NCBI GenBank assembly: GCA_000004985.1
Contig: GG738936.1
Source: Naegleria gruberi
Lineage: Eukaryota
Strand: one strand, 5' to 3'
DNA length: 64,000 nucleotides
A program made the translations under genes and the position numbers. The notes under the pieces are model-generated. The model did not search any database. It had not been told where the DNA came from and worked only from the letters and a program-made list of their open reading frames with translations. Position 1 is the first letter of the stretch; every line of letters starts with the position of its first letter. This document shows positions 56,530 to 64,000 of this stretch, in pieces.

Positions 56530-57498
56530 TTAATTGATGAACATCATAAAGACAATAAGAAGCAAGCTCCAAAACACATTCTCAACCCTCCACGTGGATA
56601 CTGAACTAGATTGGAACTGATTAGTGATAAATGTTCCAAACCTCAACTCATCACCGAATAGAATTACTTTACATGTTGCACATGAAGATTTGTGATATCT
56701 AACCCAAACATAGAGGTCCAAAGCATCAGCAACAAATGCATGAGCTGTCTTATTAAGAATCATATTCCATGCGTCATCATAACCTGGAATGGATTTGATT
56801 GTTGCCTTTGGTAGTTGTTGTTGAGCATAGCTTTGAAAGACTGAACCATCCGAAACTACAACTATTATATTTTCATTATTCAGATCAGTTACACTTTTGA
56901 TTGAGACGGTATCATTTTGAAGTTCGCTTCTTAAAACTCCGGAATAACTAACACCATTAGGACCTTAGAAACATTAGAATAGTTTGCAAAATATTCTAAA
57001 CTTACATTGAAAATGAACTTGGGAAGGTCTATCTCCACTGATGGCCGTAGCACTTAAAGAAACATCACAAATTCCAGTATCAACTGCATTCTTCATAACA
57101 CTGAAATATCCTGCAGTAGTGTCAAGTGTCTTGAATACAGCAGTCAAGTTATCCAATTTATATTGCTGTTTAATTTCATTAACCAATAACTCCCCACTCT
57201 TTCGATAAATAGCTGGCCAAATATCAAATGCTTCATTATCATAACAAAGTGTTAAATAATTTCTTGACAATTCAAATTTTGATGGATACTGAGGGAGACT
57301 TGTACAACCTGGAGTTTGTAAGTAAATTCCAAAAGAATCCAAAGTTTGTCTCCATTCTTTTGAGGCAATATATCTCGATGATGCTGCATCAATAACATCA
57401 ACTAGATTTTTTGAGATTGTGAGAGAGTCCATAACTCTGACTAGAAAGATGATAATTGTTATCGTGATGATGAAGAGTGAGATTTCAAGTTGTTTCAT
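56530..57498 (-). CDS. secreted periplasmic-solute-binding-protein family-3 (PBP3/iGluR ligand-binding-like) protein with C-terminal hydrophobic anchor; exons 57498-57006, 56963-56530
   Basis: signal-anchor-like MKQLEISLFIITITIIIFLV; PBP3 hallmarks GYFSVMKNAVDTGICDVSLSATAISGDRPSQVHF; C-terminal VFWSLLLIVFMMFIN; 42-nt intron with GTAAGT donor. Confidence 0.65.
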
Positions 57499-57919
57499 TT
57501 TTTATGTGTTTGGAATGCTATCAAGAAAGGCCGAAGATTTAATAGAGATGAACGACTTTCCTTAATTGGTATTTCGTATATAATACTGGTTAATTGTGAG
57601 ACGAGTGCCGAAATGCAGAATCACTCTATAGGGAGTGAGTAGACTTTAATGTATCGTTTCATTCATTCATTAGGAGAAGAAGGAAACAACATGCCCTCTT
57701 CCCACATCTAACCAACCATATTCGTATCTTTTGGTTTCGTACTGAGCTTGAATATGTATTTAAAAGTTAACAATCAATTTTTGCAATCATAAACAATGCT
57801 ACAGTATATATTTGATTTAGAAACTTGAATTTTTGTTAACATTGTTGTAATAGCATGGTTTCTTTTGGCGCCAAAATGCCACAAAATCTTTTGCCAAATA
57901 GGCTAAATAATTCAAAAAA

Positions 57920-59623
57920 ATGTCCAACAATGTTATTAGTGATGATGAGGGCAATTTCATCAGAGAGTGTACTCAGCTTGGACTCTCATCGTCTTTGAAA
58001 TTACAACAAGAAAAATCCAAGCAAAGACAAGAGGAATTAAAGTTACAAATTGAACTTTGCAAATTAAATTCATTCATGGATGAAGCCAACATTAAGAAAC
58101 GTAAGCTAGAAGAATCTTGTCTTCAGATTGTTTCCGATAGTAAAGTGCAGAAAACAATTAGAAAGACAGAAATTTGTGATGATGTTATTGGTAAAATATT
58201 AGAATATCTTCACAGAGACCTTGAACTTTTCAAATATTTGGGTGTTTCTAAACAATTCCAAAGAATTATTCTTGAAAAATCAAAACATTTGATAATAGAG
58301 TTTGAGAGAAAGATATTCCCTCCATATCAATTGCCAAATGTTGAGTCTCTGACTTTTTTTAGTGACTTTGAGCACAAAGAACAAAATCAATTTATAACTA
58401 AATGTGTAAACATTAAGCATCTTTTTATTGAGAGAATGGATTTTAAAAATGATGGACCAGGTGATAACACTGTTGATTTCAAGTTCAAGAAACCATCTAT
58501 AGAATCAATAGTTATTAACGTGTCTCACAATCATTTTGTTTTGAGAGATCGAAATCTATTTAATTTAAAAAAACTTGAAATGTGGGAGCCATACGCAATT
58601 GATATGGATAATGTTATCAATAATTATACATACACTTTACAAATACTGTCGTTGAAAGAGTTGAGGAAAGTCGATATTACTCCAATCTTAAACTTACCAC
58701 TTCTATGCAGTCTAGAATTGGAAGGACTGAATGAAAATCAAGTAATTTCTATTTTAAACACATCGAAGAAATTGGAAATACTTAAAGTCGATATTGATGA
58801 AGCACCTTCTGTTATTGGTTTAATTGAACCTGACACTAAATCTATTTTAAATTTGAAATATCTCAACGTAAGCAATGGATATTCAAATTTTACTGGTAAA
58901 TTATGGAAATATAATTTTTCAAATTTGAAAGCTCTGAAGATTGATGTATTCAATGATGATTGGAAATTTTTCTCCACCAATAATACTTTCAGTAATTTAG
59001 AAATTTTTAAATATGAGAGTTATTCAAATGAGTCTGTAACAGCAAATCTGGGAAAATGCAAAAACTTGAAAAATTTGAAACATTTATCTCTACATTTTTT
59101 TGAAACTGCTTGTTTAGATTATGGTATTTTTCAAAAACAGAAGTTCAAGCATTTGAAATCATTATTGATTTGTGGATGTAGAAGCTCATTTATTTGTAAC
59201 TTGGCTCAAATTGAAGATTTGAATAATTTAAAGATATTACGTGTAATCATAGACAATGAAACTGATCTGATTAATTTGACCAAATCAAATGTGTTTGCAA
59301 TGTTGAAATATTTGGGAATTAGATATGATCATGCATATCCACAAGAATTTTTCGAGAATCTGAGCTCCAACTTTAAACAACTGGTTGAATTGGATTGTGG
59401 ATTCAAAAACTACGAAGAGATTGAGTTATTAAGAAAATATCATCCAATCAATTTACGTATCATTACAATTAACAAGAATGAAATGCAAAGTTTGGGTTAC
59501 AAAATATTATCAAATTGGAAAGAAATTGCATGGAAAGACAAACCGATTAAGTCATATATTGACCACAAATTAGAAAAAATTGAAAGCACAATAGCCTCAC
59601 AAATTTTGAGTAGAGATTTTTAA
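57920..59623 (+). CDS. F-box-like + LRR protein
   Basis: ICDDVIGKILEYLHRDLELFKYLGVSKQFQRII resembles an F-box; downstream irregular LRRs (LKxLxLxxL). Confidence 0.6.
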   Translation: MSNNVISDDEGNFIRECTQLGLSSSLKLQQEKSKQRQEELKLQIELCKLNSFMDEANIKKRKLEESCLQIVSDSKVQKTIRKTEICDDVIGKILEYLHRDLELFKYLGVSKQFQRIILEKSKHLIIEFERKIFPPYQLPNVESLTFFSDFEHKEQNQFITKCVNIKHLFIERMDFKNDGPGDNTVDFKFKKPSIESIVINVSHNHFVLRDRNLFNLKKLEMWEPYAIDMDNVINNYTYTLQILSLKELRKVDITPILNLPLLCSLELEGLNENQVISILNTSKKLEILKVDIDEAPSVIGLIEPDTKSILNLKYLNVSNGYSNFTGKLWKYNFSNLKALKIDVFNDDWKFFSTNNTFSNLEIFKYESYSNESVTANLGKCKNLKNLKHLSLHFFETACLDYGIFQKQKFKHLKSLLICGCRSSFICNLAQIEDLNNLKILRVIIDNETDLINLTKSNVFAMLKYLGIRYDHAYPQEFFENLSSNFKQLVELDCGFKNYEEIELLRKYHPINLRIITINKNEMQSLGYKILSNWKEIAWKDKPIKSYIDHKLEKIESTIASQILSRDF

Positions 59624-59969
59624 CATACTCATATTTATCACATATTCAGGTATCAATCCACAATGATTAAGGCTTAAAGATTGCTTCTGTTTTGATGAGA
59701 ATCCCAATTCTTTATATCTTCAAAACGACTTTATTTGACATTGTTTTGTTAGGTCCTCTTACAACAATGCTACATCAAAACCTCCATGAACTAAGCTGAG
59801 ATGTTAGAAATGTGATAAAGTTGAGAAAGTGGTACGGTATTCGTATTTATTGGTTTTTAGATTTGAAAAATCTTGAAAGTCTCTCTGTTCATGAGGAGAT
59901 TTTCAAATCTAAAAACATAGCTAAAACTAATTATGAATTTATAATTTAAAATTATAAATTTAAAAAAAA

Positions 59970-60677
59970 ATGTCTGCTATGAATGAAATTCCAATCACTC
60001 CTCTCTTCACCAAGTCATTGGCAATGATAGATGATTTGGCCAATAAATTGCAAAATAATCAACCAATTACATCATCAAAATCTTCCGAAAAGAAGGTTCA
60101 ACAAAAGAAGGAACAAAAGCCTAAACAACAACAACCACCAAAGAAGGCTGCTGCTAAACCAACTCATCCATTCCATCAAACTTTCCTTGTTGTTGCTCAA
60201 GTAGAATCCATCGAAAAACATCCAGAATCTGAAAAACTCTACAAGATTACTTTAAATATTGGAGGTGATGAAAAGAAGGGACTCGTTGCAGGTCTTCGTA
60301 AATTCTACACTGAAACGGAATTGTTAAATAGAAAATTAATTTCCATCGTTAATTTAAAGCCTAAGAAACTTGCTGGTGTTTTGAGTGAAGCAATGATTCT
60401 TGCTGGAACAGCAGTTGGTGATGAAAATAATGTTAAAATTTTGGATCCATCACCAAATGCTCAAGTTGGTGACAGAGTTGTTTTGTCAACAGATGTTAAT
60501 ATTATTGAACCATATGTACAAAGTATTGAAGATAGATGTTCTCCAAATCAATGGGAAAAGATTGTTAAGGAATTGAAAGTTATTAATGGTCAACCAAGTG
60601 TTTCAGGAACTACTCTTACTCTTTTGGATGGCTCAATAATTAAATGTGAATTACCTGATGGAAGTGAAATCCATTAA
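59970..60677 (+). CDS. tRNA-binding OB-fold protein (EMAP-II/Arc1p/AIMP1-type)
   Basis: Lys-rich N-terminal linker then FLVVAQVESIEKHPESEKLYKITLNIGGDEKKGLVAGLRKFYTETELLNRKLISIVNLKPKKLAGVLSEAMIL matching the Myf/EMAP-II tRNA-binding domain. Confidence 0.75.
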   Translation: MSAMNEIPITPLFTKSLAMIDDLANKLQNNQPITSSKSSEKKVQQKKEQKPKQQQPPKKAAAKPTHPFHQTFLVVAQVESIEKHPESEKLYKITLNIGGDEKKGLVAGLRKFYTETELLNRKLISIVNLKPKKLAGVLSEAMILAGTAVGDENNVKILDPSPNAQVGDRVVLSTDVNIIEPYVQSIEDRCSPNQWEKIVKELKVINGQPSVSGTTLTLLDGSIIKCELPDGSEIH

Positions 60678-60836
60678 ACACAATCAATTTAGACTTGTCA
60701 TTCTTTTATTTAGAGGTCATCATTTCATTACTCAATGTTGTCATAGGGTTGTTCATACTAAATACAAATGCTTTTATTGATACTACTATTTATGGTGCCT
60801 AAAAGCCTTGGACTAAAATAATTGACCATCGTACAT

Positions 60837-63020
60837 TTATAAAAATTCTTGGGCAAACTTTAAAAAAAACAATGGCAAAAGTTTTGGAGGTAATTTTAAA
60901 ATTGTCTCACAATCAGGAAAGAGTTGTCTTCTGTGCTTAATTCCAAATGTAATCAATTCATTATAAAAACCCTCAAAACATTGCAAACCAATATAATTTT
61001 CACAAGCTGAAACAATATCTATATAATTATCAATGGAAATTGATAATTCATTCTTACAATATTTAACTAAATATTCCATTTCATGTTTCATGGCCATATC
61101 AAGAAGACGAAGCAACTTTTCGTATTTAACATCTTGAACTGGAGTTTCATAACATGTCTTGATGATAATTTCCAAAAATTCAAAATCATCTGAAGAATCT
61201 GGAATAAAAATATCATTACTGAGATCGGTAAATGTTGATCCACTGTCAAACATGGCATTAAATAATGTACTTGAAGAGCTTAAAATTGTTTTGTGGCAAT
61301 ACAAGTAATTATCTTCATCAATTTGAATTTTCAAATCACTCGTTTTCTTATCGTTATATAATTTACCAATATCCATCAATTCTATTTCTACTGCTTCATC
61401 AATAATTATATAATTTGGTTGGGACAGTGAGTGTTTTGACAAGATGTTAGCAGCATTTTTCACAATGATTGGAAGATTTGGCAAACTATTGACTCCTCCT
61501 GGAGTTTTCATTTGAATGGCAGCAAATTCAACACAATAATTATTCAAATATTCAAGAATATAATTTTCTAAATGAAAATCACTACATTGAGAAAGATAAA
61601 TTTCAATTTGTTCCCATTTAAATGAAAGATTTTGAATAGTAAGTGATTGAATAAATTGAGTTGTGCATAATTTTTTCAATTGAATAAATTCATTATTCTT
61701 GAAAAATCCTAAAATGAATAAAACATCCAATATTTCATCATTGTTAAATTTCAATTGAATTTCATTATTATAAATTAAAGAGTCAATTAATTTTTGAATA
61801 ATTTCTTGTTGAATTGAATTCATTGATGAAATTAGTGATTCATTCTTTAAAATATATTTACAAAATAGTGGTGATACCATTTCAACGAGAGGAATGAATG
61901 CATAAATTGATGAATTAAACAATAAATCTCTTGAATGTTTTTTCAACTTGGCTTTGCCATACGTGGAAGAATATATAGGGCCAATGTGTGGATATTTTGA
62001 AAAATCAAATACTGAATCACCATCATATCCTAATTCTCCATTTCCAGCTATTGTTATAATATTTCCATTTTCCAATATTTTTCTAATTCTGTTATTTTGA
62101 TAATCAGCAATATAAACTTCATTATCTTGGGAAACAAAAACACCTACTGGACTATACAATTTTGCATTTACTGCAAGACCATTATCACCACCATATCCTA
62201 ATTTTCCATTTCCTGCTATCGTTATAATGTTTCCATTTTCCAATATTTTTCTAATTCTGGTATTTTGGTAATCAGCAATATAAACTTCATTCTTTGATGA
62301 AACAAAAACATCTACTGGACTAGACAACTTTGCATTTACTGCAGGACCATTATCACCACTATATCCTTGTTGTCCATTTCCAGCTATTGTTATAATATTT
62401 CCGTTTCTTAATATTTTTCTAATTCTGTGATTACCAGTATCAGCAATATAAACTTCATCATTTGGCGTAACAAAAACGCTTGATGGATCAAAGAGTGGTG
62501 CATTTACTGCAGGACCATTATCACCATTATATCCTTGTTGTCCATTTCCTGCTATTGTTACAATATTTCCATTTTCCAATATTTTTCTAATTGAGTGATT
62601 ACCAGAATCAGCAATATAAACTTCATTCTTTAGTGAAACACAAACACTCGATGGACTAGCCAGTTGTGCATTTACTGCAAGACCATTATCACCATTATAT
62701 CCTTGTTGTCCATTTCCTGCTATTGTTATAATGTTTCCATTTTCCAATATTTTTCTAATTCTGTTATTTTGATAATCAGCAATATAAACTTCATTCTTTG
62801 ATGAAACAAAAACATATGATGGACTAACAAGTTGTGCATTTACTGCAAGACCATTATCACCACTATATCCTTGTTGTCCATTTCCTGCTATTGTTACAAT
62901 ATTTCCATTTTCCAATATCTTTCTAACTGTGTGATTACCAGTATCAGCAATATAAACTTCATCATTACTTGATGAAACAAAAATACTCCTAGGATTAAAC
63001 AATTGTGCATTTGTTGCCAT
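60837..63020 (-). CDS. NHL-repeat beta-propeller protein with C-terminal BTB/BACK-like domain
   Basis: six tandem repeats of about 57 aa (EVYIADxxNxRIRKILENGNIITIAGNGQQGYxGDNGLAVNAQLxSP) = NHL; C-terminal DLKIQIDEDNYLYCHKTILSSSSTLFNAMF = BTB core followed by a BACK-like helical region. Confidence 0.7.
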   Translation of the reverse strand: MATNAQLFNPRSIFVSSSNDEVYIADTGNHTVRKILENGNIVTIAGNGQQGYSGDNGLAVNAQLVSPSYVFVSSKNEVYIADYQNNRIRKILENGNIITIAGNGQQGYNGDNGLAVNAQLASPSSVCVSLKNEVYIADSGNHSIRKILENGNIVTIAGNGQQGYNGDNGPAVNAPLFDPSSVFVTPNDEVYIADTGNHRIRKILRNGNIITIAGNGQQGYSGDNGPAVNAKLSSPVDVFVSSKNEVYIADYQNTRIRKILENGNIITIAGNGKLGYGGDNGLAVNAKLYSPVGVFVSQDNEVYIADYQNNRIRKILENGNIITIAGNGELGYDGDSVFDFSKYPHIGPIYSSTYGKAKLKKHSRDLLFNSSIYAFIPLVEMVSPLFCKYILKNESLISSMNSIQQEIIQKLIDSLIYNNEIQLKFNNDEILDVLFILGFFKNNEFIQLKKLCTTQFIQSLTIQNLSFKWEQIEIYLSQCSDFHLENYILEYLNNYCVEFAAIQMKTPGGVNSLPNLPIIVKNAANILSKHSLSQPNYIIIDEAVEIELMDIGKLYNDKKTSDLKIQIDEDNYLYCHKTILSSSSTLFNAMFDSGSTFTDLSNDIFIPDSSDDFEFLEIIIKTCYETPVQDVKYEKLLRLLDMAMKHEMEYLVKYCKNELSISIDNYIDIVSACENYIGLQCFEGFYNELITFGIKHRRQLFPDCETILKLPPKLLPLFFLKFAQEFL
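62030..63000 (-). repeat. tandem about-171-nt repeats (near-identical at DNA level) encoding the NHL blades
   Basis: strings such as ccattatcaccattatatccttgttgtccatttcctgctattgtta(c/t)aat(a/g)tttccattttccaatat recur with about 171-nt period. Confidence 0.6.
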
Positions 63021-63905
63021 TATTAATATTCACACACTACTTTTGCCAATTGAATTTTCGGATTGTAAAGCAAAACTTAGCACAAGTCAAGAATGAATTT
63101 TTCTTCTCTGAAAGATACTATTGGAAGGTAGTGAATTATCTATTTTTTTTAGTTTTGCAATTAATTACTAGAAAAGATTCGAATTTGACCAAGATGTCAT
63201 ACACAGAGAAACTCCAAGTCTATCCCACCTTATTGCAATAACAGCTATTATCTTTTAGTATATTAACTTTCTCATATTAAAATACTACTATGTCAACATT
63301 AACAAATCTTACAATAAAGAATTTAAAGATGAAAAGAGTATCATCTAATTGTAGATCATGTAATAATATATTGGGACGTCTTTGTAAATGATTTCCTTTT
63401 CTTTAGTGGAAAGGGTATCAAAGGAGTTCATTTCAGTTCAGATCTGATTCACCACCAATCATTAGGTATTATACAATTTCATAAATCATCATCATGATGA
63501 ACTCAACATTCCCAAAACGTGTATGATGATACTGAATTTTTCGATGATCATCTCCCATTATTCGTAATGGCGCCATTTACAACTGCTCTGTTGTGCAGCC
63601 TTGAAATTTCTTTGCTGTTAGAATCCAATAACCAAAATTGCCAAGTCATCATCTCTTCACTCCATGTTCAGTGGTGTTTTTTTTTACGCCCAACAATGAA
63701 CCAAGGAAGCTCCTTAGAGGAATGAATCTTGAGTATTTTCGCAAGTTATTCCCTTCCATCTGAAAAAGCATTTTGTGTGGTGTATTTTTAAATTAGACTC
63801 TAAGAAAAAAATTGCAGCTGCTTTAACTCCTCTCACCAGTTTTTTGTTAACCGCTGTTTTTTGAACACACACAACTGCTTTCCAATTCGACAACTTCCTT
63901 TCAAT

Positions 63906-64000
63906 ATGATCCGTAATTCCCAAAATAATGAAAATAATAATAACAACAACAATCAACAACATGAACAAAATTTTATATCAGATGATGATGATAATAGCAT
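63906..64000 (+). CDS. 5'-partial ORF (poly-Asn/Asp-rich start) running off the window end
   Basis: ATG 63906 then MIRNSQNNENNNNNNNQQHEQNFISDDDDNS... with no stop before the window end; a minus-strand ORF 63714-63968 overlaps it and could be the real gene instead. Confidence 0.2.
   Translation, partial: MIRNSQNNENNNNNNNQQHEQNFISDDDDNS

Noticed and set aside
63519-63968. Overlapping ORFs 63519-63725 (+) and 63714-63968 (-) near the window end
   Set aside because: Short, no motifs, mutually overlapping and overlapping the possible partial gene starting at 63906; insufficient evidence.
1-64000. Prokaryotic-style systems (CRISPR arrays, operons, defence islands, IS elements)
   Set aside because: No direct-repeat/spacer arrays or transposase/integrase ORFs seen. 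Spliceosomal introns, the U2 snRNA, Pol III T-run terminators and eukaryotic signalling domains show this is nuclear eukaryotic DNA.

Overview
This 64-kb window is AT-rich (about 70% AT) eukaryotic nuclear DNA, not a prokaryotic locus. Evidence: many genes are interrupted by short GT-AG introns (36-161 nt, donors almost always GTAAGT); there are Pol III genes with T-run terminators, a U2 spliceosomal snRNA gene, poly-N/poly-Q tracts, and proteins typical of amoebozoan/dictyostelid-like protists (EGF/tenascin-type surface proteins, BAR-RhoGAP, LRR-DSP phosphatase, Rho/Ras GTPases, BPI-like, F-box/LRR). I model about 38 protein-coding genes (13 with introns that I splice by frame plus homology continuity), 3 tRNAs (two identical tRNA-Lys-CUU, one tRNA-Asp-GUC), two 5S rRNA genes in inverted orientation, one U2 snRNA, two N-gaps, and a 1.55-kb segmental duplication (window 1-1554 matches 11203-12775). 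The supplied ORF track uses TTG/GTG as starts, so many track ORFs carry spurious N-terminal extensions; I re-anchored starts to the first ATG. Most unusual items: (i) a gene fusing tandem BRCT domains, a class-II histone deacetylase domain and a C-terminal PbH1/CASH parallel beta-helix; (ii) an F-box-like domain fused to a Rac/Rho GTPase with a CAAX box; (iii) a two-TM sensor-like protein ending in an RGS domain; (iv) an inverted 5S rRNA pair bracketing a protein-coding gene next to a tRNA-Asp; (v) two identical tRNA-Lys genes bracketing a GPI-type surface-protein gene; (vi) tandem paralogous mini-genes whose first-intron donor overlaps an in-frame TAA. Splice coordinates are hand-derived and may be off by a few nt.
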